A stretch of DNA of 63,131 nucleotides, the filler included, from an uncultured Myxococcia bacterium (lineage in GTDB: Bacteria > CAZTWC01), in the NCBI GenBank assembly GCA_964617105.1. It is 3 parts of 3 records of this genome, joined end to end, with 100 filler letters (N's around TTAATTAATTAA, not from the genome) between each part and the next. Parts side by side here need not be neighbours in the genome. Positions count along the whole stretch, not along the records: positions 21,770 to 43,430 come from CAZTWC010000031.1; positions 43,531 to 63,131 come from CAZTWC010000037.1; 1 more part is not named here. The stretch is one strand, 5' to 3'. This document shows, one piece after another, positions 39,137-47,609 of this stretch. The position numbers and the translations under genes were made by a program. Below the pieces are notes generated by a model. That model was not told the DNA's origin and did no database searches. It saw only the letters and a program-made list of their open reading frames with translations. Numbering within the stretch: the stretch's first letter is position 1; every line of letters starts with the position of its first letter.

Positions 39137-41467
39137 TTGATCTGCCTTATACTCTTTTTACCGCAGCCTGGTCAGGCATTCAAATACTCTTCCAACTACC
39201 AACTAGCCAATTCCAACAACATCTATACTTCTTTGAGTTACTTAAACAATCACTATATCCTCAGGGAGGAGAGAACTTTGCCGAAGATGTTTTGGCAAGG
39301 ACTGGAAAATCTCCAGACTGGATTACTGCCACTGGTGATAACCAGAAAAAATCAGGGCGGCGAAATTATTGCTCGTCACGCTGCTCTCTCTTTTGCGTTA
39401 CCTTCTGAAACCACCATTGAGTCATACGTGAAGTTATGTCGGGAACTGTTTGACTTTATCCAGGCCAATGTTGATTATTCCCTGGCGGCTCCTTTTCTGG
39501 AGAAACTATTTTTAGACGGAATGCTAAAAGATGACCAATACTCTTTTGCATTAACCCCCGGGGCTTATAGGAACTTCAGGACATCCTTAAAAGGCTCCTA
39601 TTATGGCGTGGGAATGGTGATTGGTATCCGCAACCACCAGTTGATTATTGTATCCCCTTTTCCCGGTTCACCAGCTGAACGGGCCGGATTGCAAGGAGGT
39701 GATATTATTAATCAGGTAAATGGAATATCTACTCTTAATATGTCGGTTAACGAGGCTTCAGCCCGGATTAGAGGACCTGAGGGAACTTACGTTAAATTAC
39801 GAATTGGACGGGACAATGGAACCAAGGAGCGTGATTTTCGGGTTAAGAGAGAAAAAATTGAGTTAAAAAATGTAGAATCCACCCGGCTGGCCGAAGATAA
39901 AATCGGCTATATTAAAATCAAACGTTTTGAAGGAAACACTGATAAAGAGGTCAAAAAACACCTTCTTAAACTACATGGAGGAAAGATTAAAGGACTTATC
40001 ATTGATTTACGCAACAATTCAGGAGGGTTGCTCTCTCAGGCAATTAGAGTAACTGACATGTTTTTAACTGAGGGGGTGATTGTAAGCACTTATAAAGGCA
40101 ACCCTATCTCTACTGCCAACTTGAAAATGTTTAGAGCGGCAAATAGAAAAATAGTGGGAAAAGATATACCCCTGGTGGTGTTGATTAATAAAGGCACCGC
40201 TTCTGGGGCGGAAATTATGGCTGGAGCACTAAAGGTTAACAGGCAGGCTATTTTGGTGGGAACCAATAGTTTTGGCAAAGGGACTGTGCAAGAGATATTC
40301 CGCCTGAACCACGGCCTGGCCCTGCGAATTACCACCGCCCTGTTCCGGGTGGGTGATAAGAGATTCATCCACTCTCGCGGTATTGCACCCCACTTAACCA
40401 TCAAAGAAGTGGATATGATCAGGGGAATTGAAATCTCTATGCTGCCGGATCGGTTAAAAGAGAACAGTTCTCCAACCCCTTTTGATCATTGGGCTATTGC
40501 TGAAGAGAAGAAAGATGCACCGCTATTAAGGGTAGTAAAAATATCCGGCACTACTAAAATGTTTCAGGAGACCAGGAAGAAGAATCTGCAAGACAGATTG
40601 GCCGCAGACTTTGAAGTAGAGGTGGCCCAGAATATATTGCTCCAAATTACTCAAACCCAAAGCAGCGGCCAGAATACTTGGCCTTCACAGTATGGTAATA
40701 GAAACAAAATCGTCCCACTTTTACAGGGAACTGTCAAAGCAGTGGATAAGATAGAGAAAGAGCAGGAGGAAAAATTAAAGAAGTTGTTGGCTAAAAGGGA
40801 AATAGATTGGCGTAGTAACAGCAAAGACAAAGGCTGCCTGGGAAAAGAGGCTCTGATAAAACAAAAGAGATATGTAGTGGTTAAAAGCGGCCAATGCTGC
40901 CAGGGTAATTTTACTATCTTTAACCGTGGAAAAACCTTGAATAAGTTGATTGTATTGACAAAATCCAACAATCCCTGGTTGAACTCGCGGGAGATATTGG
41001 TGGGTGCACTAAAAAAGGGCCAGAATAAGAGCGTGACCTGGCCAATGTATATTCCTACCAGGGCTGAAAGCAGAGAACCCATAACCTTGAAAATCTATGA
41101 CCAGAATCTGTGTTTGGTGGGGGAGTCCACCTTTTATGCCCGGGTGAAGTCCAGCCATACCTACTCCTTCCAGAAGCCGTTAATCAGGCTGGAGTTTCCC
41201 GGGGAAGAGGATGTAAAAAATATATCCATAGATAACAAAAGGGTGATTGCCTATGTTGAAGATGAAACTGGACTGAAGGACGCCTGCCTGTTTATCGGTG
41301 AAAAAAAAATGGATTGCCTGTATTATTCTCCAGAGGACAATTCATTGCCAAAGCAATATCGCCTGGAAGCGGAAATACCAGAGAAATTTCAACCGGATAA
41401 AAACTGGGTCAAGGTAATAGCCTGTAACCAGGATAATAAGTGCCAAACTAAGAGAGTTTACTATTAG
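39137..41467 (+). CDS. S41 family carboxyl-terminal protease with PDZ domain and long C-terminal extension (start uncertain)
   Basis: GVGMVI PDZ, IDLRNNSGGLL, TASGAE (catalytic Ser) and SFGKGTVQ (catalytic Lys) motifs. Confidence 0.85.
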   Translation: MICLILFLPQPGQAFKYSSNYQLANSNNIYTSLSYLNNHYILREERTLPKMFWQGLENLQTGLLPLVITRKNQGGEIIARHAALSFALPSETTIESYVKLCRELFDFIQANVDYSLAAPFLEKLFLDGMLKDDQYSFALTPGAYRNFRTSLKGSYYGVGMVIGIRNHQLIIVSPFPGSPAERAGLQGGDIINQVNGISTLNMSVNEASARIRGPEGTYVKLRIGRDNGTKERDFRVKREKIELKNVESTRLAEDKIGYIKIKRFEGNTDKEVKKHLLKLHGGKIKGLIIDLRNNSGGLLSQAIRVTDMFLTEGVIVSTYKGNPISTANLKMFRAANRKIVGKDIPLVVLINKGTASGAEIMAGALKVNRQAILVGTNSFGKGTVQEIFRLNHGLALRITTALFRVGDKRFIHSRGIAPHLTIKEVDMIRGIEISMLPDRLKENSSPTPFDHWAIAEEKKDAPLLRVVKISGTTKMFQETRKKNLQDRLAADFEVEVAQNILLQITQTQSSGQNTWPSQYGNRNKIVPLLQGTVKAVDKIEKEQEEKLKKLLAKREIDWRSNSKDKGCLGKEALIKQKRYVVVKSGQCCQGNFTIFNRGKTLNKLIVLTKSNNPWLNSREILVGALKKGQNKSVTWPMYIPTRAESREPITLKIYDQNLCLVGESTFYARVKSSHTYSFQKPLIRLEFPGEEDVKNISIDNKRVIAYVEDETGLKDACLFIGEKKMDCLYYSPEDNSLPKQYRLEAEIPEKFQPDKNWVKVIACNQDNKCQTKRVYY

Positions 41468-41546
41468 ATTTTATTCTTTACTCTTCTTAAGCCATTGGGC
41501 ATTATTGGGTATAATGGAACAGTAATATTATTTTCAGGAGAAGAAT

Positions 41547-42602
41547 ATGAAGAATATTATTTCTATTTTGTTGGTAAAAATATTTATAGGAATGGCTATT
41601 TTTATCCTTTGCTGTCAAGGGATTAGTGTATTTGCCCTGGCCCAAGGAAAGCAATTGGGAGATAACAGCAAAATCAGCGCAGATCGTTTGGAGCAGATAA
41701 AAGAGCAGATGCAAAAAAGGCTTGAAGGTAATCCCAATGATGCCAAAGCCTACAACGACCTGGGTTTTGCCCTCTACCAACTGGGAAACAAAGAAAATGG
41801 ACGAAATTCAATCAAAAAAGCGGTGAACCTCGATGATACCAATGCTGATTATCGCTACAATCTGGCCTGGATTTTCTTTATGCAAAACAATAACAACAGG
41901 GCAGAACAACATTGCCGGAAAGTGATAAGTATCAACAGCAATCACGCCAGGGCACATAATCTGCTTGGACTTATATTAATGGGTAAAAAACGGTGGCAAA
42001 ACGCAGTCAAGGAATTTGAACAAGCGATTAAGAGCGAACCAGGCTTTGCGCACGCCTGGAGCAACCTGGGTAAAGCCTGCACCGAGATGAAAAATTTTAT
42101 TCGGGCAATATCAGTTCTTAAACGAGCGATCTCCCTGGATGACCGCCTGTTTGAGACCCATTTCAATCTAGCGGTTGCCTTTCAGGCCAAAGCGGATTAT
42201 GCTAAGGCGGTTTCGGTGCTGCAAAAGGCAAAATCTACTTTTCCTGATAAACCGGAACTCTTGTTCGCCTTAGCCAGGGTTTATGCCAGGTGGGGAAAGT
42301 GTAATCTGGCCTTACCACATTTCAACCAGGCTTTGAAGCAAGGAATTAAAGCCCTGGATTGCTACCTGGAGATGGGCAGTTGCCACTACAAATTGAAAAA
42401 ATGGTGTAAGGCAGCGGGAAGTTATGGCCGGGCCATTGAGGCCGATAGTATAGACCCTCGAGGCTATTACGGTTTGGGTTTAGCCCTGGCGGCTGAAGGC
42501 AAAAAGCAAAAAGCCATTAAAAATTTCAAACAGGTTATAGAGTTTGATAGCAGTGGAATTTGGGCTAAAAAAGCAATAGATAAAATGAAAAGATTACACT
42601 GA
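41547..42602 (+). CDS. Exported tetratricopeptide repeat protein
   Basis: Signal peptide; about 8 34-aa TPR repeats (A...LG..Y). Confidence 0.9.
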   Translation: MKNIISILLVKIFIGMAIFILCCQGISVFALAQGKQLGDNSKISADRLEQIKEQMQKRLEGNPNDAKAYNDLGFALYQLGNKENGRNSIKKAVNLDDTNADYRYNLAWIFFMQNNNNRAEQHCRKVISINSNHARAHNLLGLILMGKKRWQNAVKEFEQAIKSEPGFAHAWSNLGKACTEMKNFIRAISVLKRAISLDDRLFETHFNLAVAFQAKADYAKAVSVLQKAKSTFPDKPELLFALARVYARWGKCNLALPHFNQALKQGIKALDCYLEMGSCHYKLKKWCKAAGSYGRAIEADSIDPRGYYGLGLALAAEGKKQKAIKNFKQVIEFDSSGIWAKKAIDKMKRLH

Positions 42603-42610
42603 GGTGATAG

Positions 42611-43430
42611 ATGCGGCTGACAGTTTTATGGTTTTTCATATTGCAGTGTTTCATCTCGAGAATGGCTTTTGGCCAGAATAATACCCAGGAACAATTGGCT
42701 TCGGTGGACAATCTGATAGTCAAAGAAGATTTTAAGACAGCCATTGACAGGTTGCAAAAATTGTTGAAAAAAAAAGACTGGCCGCTGTTGAGAGCAAAGT
42801 TAGCTCAAGTGTATTTGCAAAAAGGCGATTGCCGGCAGGCATTGCCCAATTTTCAAACAGCCTATAAACACGGTTTAAAAAATCAAAACCTGGAGTTTGG
42901 GTTAGCTCTTTGCCTGCTAAAAACCGGGGAACTTAAATCTGCCAAAAAACATCATAATGCCTACCTGGACAAATATCCCGATGATTATGACGCTAAGGTA
43001 AACCTGGCCATAATAAATCACAAATTGGGCCAAACCCAAAAGGCTATAAAGCAACTGCAGGCTATTGTAGACCAAAAGAGACATTACCAGGCCCTTTTGA
43101 ACCTGGGCCTTCTCCTTTTTGAAAGCCATCCGCAGTCGGCGTTGGACCATTTTTTAGAAGCAACCAGAGTTGAGCAAAATACCCAACTGGATAAAAAAAT
43201 TGGCATCTTACTATACAGGCTAAATAAATATCCTCGAGCGGAAAAATATTTGCTCAAGAGCCTCTTTCAGGAGCATAAGGAAAAGAGCGAAATTTGTTTT
43301 ATGCTGGCCAATATCTATTTTACCCGGGAAGAATTTAAACTGGCAGAAAAATATTATCTTAAGGTGGTGCAAAAAAATCCATCCTTTCCTGGAGTTCACG
43401 CCAACCTGGGAATAGTCTATTACCAACAGG
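42611..43430 (+). CDS. Exported TPR protein, truncated at contig end
   Basis: Signal peptide and TPR repeats; runs into the N spacer. Confidence 0.85.
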
Positions 43431-43530
43431 NNNNNNNNNNNNNNNNNNNNNNNNNNNNNNNNNNNNNNNNNNNNTTAATTAATTAANNNNNNNNNNNNNN
43501 NNNNNNNNNNNNNNNNNNNNNNNNNNNNNN
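43431..43530. other. Artificial contig-join spacer
   Basis: N44-TTAATTAATTAA-N44. Confidence 0.97.
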
Positions 43531-43532
43531 CA

Positions 43533-44261
43533 AAACCAGCCAAACCAGCAAAACCTGTTAAACCGTCGAGCCCAAAAGAGAATAAAAACACCCAAAAAAT
43601 TGGGGAAATACCAGGGAAAGACTCGGAAAAAAAAGATGTTGACAAAGATAAAAAACCCGCCCAGACAAAAACCCGCCAGGCAAAAAAAGCGCCAAACAGG
43701 CGTTCTGAAAAGTCAAAAAAGCCGGTAAAAGGGGGCGTAAAACCCGATAAAGAGATAAAAGGGAAAAAGATAACAGACCTGGAGCAATTTCTGCAGACCC
43801 AGATAGCCCATAGAATAGTTGAAATGGATGATTTGGAAATAAAAACCTTGCTAACCTGTCTACTGTCAAAAATGGAGTATCACCAAATCTCATTTTTCAA
43901 AAATTATGGGCAGAAAGATCAAAATATTATCTTGACCGGCAAACTGCAGGCCGGCATGTTTCCCTTACCGGCTCTTATTGTAGCCCGGCGTGATACTGAT
44001 TCTATTACCAGATACTTTTTAAAACAGGTTCGGCGGGAGGCATCCAAGGCGCAAGCCGCTTTTGTTTTAGTATTTTGCCTAAGTCATAACCCGGAGATAT
44101 TGATCAGCGACCTGGAAAATTCCAAAAAACTACCGGTTATGTTTTATAACCTGGAGCAATTTGTCCAATTACTGTTTAAAACCGGTTTGGGCATATCCAG
44201 CCGCCAGGTAAAACTGTCAGAATCCGGACCGCTCTTTTTTCCCGGCCTCAAGGGAATCTAA
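43533..44261 (+). CDS. 5'-truncated protein: Lys/Pro-rich linker plus degenerate Mrr-type restriction-endonuclease-like domain
   Basis: Frame open from the contig start (KPAKPAKPVKP...) into ORF 43824; LLSKMEY...LEQFVQLLFKTGLGI resembles Mrr_cat framing motifs. Confidence 0.5.
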   Translation, partial: KPAKPAKPVKPSSPKENKNTQKIGEIPGKDSEKKDVDKDKKPAQTKTRQAKKAPNRRSEKSKKPVKGGVKPDKEIKGKKITDLEQFLQTQIAHRIVEMDDLEIKTLLTCLLSKMEYHQISFFKNYGQKDQNIILTGKLQAGMFPLPALIVARRDTDSITRYFLKQVRREASKAQAAFVLVFCLSHNPEILISDLENSKKLPVMFYNLEQFVQLLFKTGLGISSRQVKLSESGPLFFPGLKGI

Positions 44262-44933
44262 TTGGACTTAATTATAGTTAAAAAACTGGGGTGTATAAAT
44301 TACCTCCAGGCTCTTTCCTTGCAGCGGCAGACTAGAGATGCCGTAATATCTGACAGTGCACCTGACACCCTCCTGCTTCTAGAGCATTTTCCGGTAATAA
44401 CCCTGGGAAATAACGCTAATGAAAGCAATATTCTTTTGTCCCGGCAGGAATTGGATTCCAGGAGTATAGACGTTCACCAAACTGACCGGGGAGGTGATGT
44501 TACTTTTCATGGCCCTGGCCAACTGATATGTTACCCTATTTTCAATATCGCCAGGATGAAGTTAGGAATTAAAAATTTCGTGCGGCTCCTGGAAAATTCA
44601 GTAATCCATATGCTGGCTGATTTCAAAGTGACTGGTATCAGGCGTAAAGAGGCGCCCGGAATCTTTGTAGGAGAAAAAAAAATATCCTTTTTGGGTTTAA
44701 ACTTAAAAAAAGGGGTAACTATGCACGGCCTATCTATAAATATAAATATGGACCTGAAATTTTTCGACTTGATCAATCCCTGCGGTTTTTCCCATCTTGA
44801 GGTTACCTCTTTAGCAGAAATAACCGGCCAACAGACTAATCCCTGGAAAATAGCAGAAAACTGGCTGGAAAAACTAAAAAGACTTTTACCTGGCTGTGGT
44901 TTTCTCGATGGTCTTTTGAGCGCGACTCTTTAA
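44262..44933 (+). CDS. lipB: Lipoyl(octanoyl) transferase
   Basis: LEHFPVITLG, DRGGDVTFHGPGQ, HGLSIN and INPCG motifs. Confidence 0.95.
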   Translation: MDLIIVKKLGCINYLQALSLQRQTRDAVISDSAPDTLLLLEHFPVITLGNNANESNILLSRQELDSRSIDVHQTDRGGDVTFHGPGQLICYPIFNIARMKLGIKNFVRLLENSVIHMLADFKVTGIRRKEAPGIFVGEKKISFLGLNLKKGVTMHGLSININMDLKFFDLINPCGFSHLEVTSLAEITGQQTNPWKIAENWLEKLKRLLPGCGFLDGLLSATL

Positions 44934-45383
44934 AAGGGCGTTGAGCAACAACTTTACTTTGGGAAAAGTTTTTAAAATAGTCTGAATATCTTTTTCCATA
45001 AAGGCTATGGTTTCAACTGTATTCAACGCGGTTATAGTTGCAGTCCTTTTTTGTCCGGTCAAAAGGGCCACCTCCCCAAAAACAGCGCCTCTTCCCAGAG
45101 TGGCCAACTCTATTTTTTTCCGATCGGAATCTCTGATAGTGGTGACTTGCACGTTACCACTCTTAATAAGATAAAAACGGTCACCTTTCTCCCCTTCATT
45201 GCAGATCACTTTCCGCCCGTCAAATTTAAACAGCCTACCTTTTGAAATAAGAAAACGTCGTCCGTCCTGACTTAACGATTTAAACAAATGGGAACTCTCT
45301 ACAAAGGCGCTGGCAGGAAGATCTCCCCAGATCGATTCGCCCATAGTTTCGCCATTAATCATACTTTTTTCTTCTTGAGCCAT
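44886..45383 (-). CDS. Cyclic nucleotide-binding domain protein
   Basis: EGEKGD.FYLI.SG and FGEVALLTGQKRTAT motifs; GAGGAG RBS before ATG 45383. Confidence 0.88.
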   Translation of the reverse strand: MAQEEKSMINGETMGESIWGDLPASAFVESSHLFKSLSQDGRRFLISKGRLFKFDGRKVICNEGEKGDRFYLIKSGNVQVTTIRDSDRKKIELATLGRGAVFGEVALLTGQKRTATITALNTVETIAFMEKDIQTILKTFPKVKLLLNALLKSRAQKTIEKTTAR

Positions 45384-45597
45384 GAGTCTCCTCTTATTCG
45401 ACAATAAAAAGTTAGAATACAATATATTTATTATATCACTTTTTTCTAGCCTCGCAAGGATAAAAATAGCTGGCAATTTCACAGCTTATTTGATAATCTT
45501 TTGGATAACTTTTCGCTGAATTTCCTGTGGAGTTCAGAGGATTTCTGTTTTGAAGTTGATAAGATAGTTAAATCTGTATTCAAATAGTGGTGATACT

Positions 45598-46068
45598 ATG
45601 AACGTTAGAATGAAAAAAATCCTGGTGCCTATTGATTTTTCTGCCGGCGCCAAACTGGCTTTTTCTTACGCCGCCCTCTTTGCCATGGAATACAACGCTG
45701 AACTTTATATTCTCAACGTAGTGGATACCGCAGTCGACAGAAGTCTAGTTTTTGACCTGGATTCCATAGAGGAAGAATGGCTCCAGGAACAGGTTGAAAT
45801 CGCTGAAAAAAAGATGGAAGAATTCATGGATGAAAATGCTCACGATGTCACTATTACCCCGGCAGTAAGAATCGGTGAACCGGTCAAGGAGATTATCGCC
45901 TTTTGTAAAATGGAACAAATAGAGTTAATCGTTATCGGAGCAAACGGCATTGATGGCTTCAAACCAGCCTGGTTGGGTGGAACTGCTTACGCAATTTTGC
46001 GCAATGCACCTTGCCCGGTCTTTTCAGTAAAACCGCAGGAGAGAGAAATCCTCCCCGAGTACTCCTGA
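45598..46068 (+). CDS. Universal stress protein
   Basis: KILVPIDFS, LIVIGA.G and LGGTA..ILRNAPCPV motifs. Confidence 0.92.
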   Translation: MNVRMKKILVPIDFSAGAKLAFSYAALFAMEYNAELYILNVVDTAVDRSLVFDLDSIEEEWLQEQVEIAEKKMEEFMDENAHDVTITPAVRIGEPVKEIIAFCKMEQIELIVIGANGIDGFKPAWLGGTAYAILRNAPCPVFSVKPQEREILPEYS

Positions 46069-46088
46069 CTCAAAACAAAACTGCGTAG

Positions 46089-46469
46089 GTGATAACATTG
46101 AATTCCATAGAGTACCAGAGCCAGGTGGAAGAATCCGGCCAAAAAGGATGGGTGCAATTTCAGGTACCCCAGGACGATAATTTCAAAGACTGGCTTCAGC
46201 GGAGGCTGCTGTTTAAATTTCTGGACGGTGAGAGAATTGGTGATTGTGTCATTTCGGTGGCTAAATTGCAAAATCGATTTATCAAGGTAAAATTGCATCA
46301 CCCCAAGTTGGGTTACCGGGTTATTAACCATCTATTGCCCCCGGATATTCAAGAGGATGTGACTATCAAGGTAAAATGGGATATGAAAATTTTATCCCTT
46401 TTTCTTGATGATGTTGAAAAGGCAGTGTCGGAGAATGTACTACCGTTAGCCTTCTCCTGGAATACCTAG
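46089..46469 (+). CDS. Hypothetical protein
   Basis: 126-aa ORF co-directional with usp; no recognisable motif. Confidence 0.55.
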   Translation: MITLNSIEYQSQVEESGQKGWVQFQVPQDDNFKDWLQRRLLFKFLDGERIGDCVISVAKLQNRFIKVKLHHPKLGYRVINHLLPPDIQEDVTIKVKWDMKILSLFLDDVEKAVSENVLPLAFSWNT

Positions 46470-46562
46470 GCGGTTTAGAACAGTGCATATGCGTTGTTCT
46501 AAACCACCTAAGATTACAGTGGGACAACGACGTTTTTTTTGATTTTTGGAGGTCTTCTCTCA

Positions 46563-47591
46563 ATGTACTATAGAATTATAAGTTGGTTGAGCCTAACTAT
46601 TTTTTGCTTTGTAGTCTTTCAAGCAAATTTCTGCCTGGCCAAAAAAAAGAAAAGAATCAAGATAAAATTCGGCTCTATTGTTCCTGAAGGCACCCCCTGG
46701 GCGGATACTGCAAAATGGATTAAAAAACGAGTGGAAAAAGTAAGTAAAAAGAAATTTAAAGTCAAAATATATCTGGGTGGAATCTTAGGCGGCGAAAAAG
46801 CCCTGACCCGGCGCTGCAAAAAAGGTAGCTTGCAGATTTACGGCGGCAGCGTAGGAGCGATAGCCACCATGGTGCCTATGCTCGATATGCTGGAGTTGCC
46901 TTTTGTATACAACACCCTGGATGAAACAGATTTTGTGCTCGATAAAGTGGCTGACAAAGAACTCAAGAAAGCCTTGTACGACGGTGGTTATAAATTGATG
47001 GAATGGGCTGAAAATGGCTGGCGAAATTTTGCCTCTAACAAAAGATTTATTAAATCACCCCAGGATCTTAAGGGTTTGAAAATGCGCGCTCAGGAACACC
47101 CTAACTATATTGCCACCTGGAAGGCTTTTGGTGCTTCGCCTCTGCCCATTGCTGTGCCTGAAGTTTTAAGTTCGCTGCAGACCGGTGTGGTGGACGGGTT
47201 TGACCAAACTCTGCTCTTCACTTTTGCCTCCTCCTGGTACCAGGGAATCAAATACTACTCCATCTCCCGTCATATCCACCAGGGCGGTCTGATTGCTATA
47301 AGCAGAAAATTCTGGGATTCTCTATCTCCGGATTTACAGGCGGTATTGATGAAAAATACTGACAAGGAAACCAGGATTTTTCGTAGAAAAGTCCGGAAGT
47401 TAAGTCCAATATTATTAAAAAACATACAAAATGCGGGAATAAACGTCTATCGACTCTCCGATCAGGAACGCCAGAGTTTTGCCAAATTGGCTATGAAAGT
47501 ACACACCACATATCTGGCCAACGCCTCTCCAAAAATAATAAAAATCTACAAAAAAATCATGGCCGCCCTGAAAAAACGGCGGGGCAAGTAA
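46563..47591 (+). CDS. dctP: TRAP transporter substrate-binding protein DctP family
   Basis: Signal peptide; P.GTPW, GG.LGGE, ENGWR, DLKGLKMR and LQTGVVDG motifs. Confidence 0.9.
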   Translation: MYYRIISWLSLTIFCFVVFQANFCLAKKKKRIKIKFGSIVPEGTPWADTAKWIKKRVEKVSKKKFKVKIYLGGILGGEKALTRRCKKGSLQIYGGSVGAIATMVPMLDMLELPFVYNTLDETDFVLDKVADKELKKALYDGGYKLMEWAENGWRNFASNKRFIKSPQDLKGLKMRAQEHPNYIATWKAFGASPLPIAVPEVLSSLQTGVVDGFDQTLLFTFASSWYQGIKYYSISRHIHQGGLIAISRKFWDSLSPDLQAVLMKNTDKETRIFRRKVRKLSPILLKNIQNAGINVYRLSDQERQSFAKLAMKVHTTYLANASPKIIKIYKKIMAALKKRRGK

Positions 47592-47609
47592 AACTCTATC
47601 ATTAGCACT

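Noticed and set aside
43558-43893. Minus-strand 111-aa Phe/Leu-rich ORF
   Set aside because: Antisense shadow of the Lys-rich plus-strand frame.
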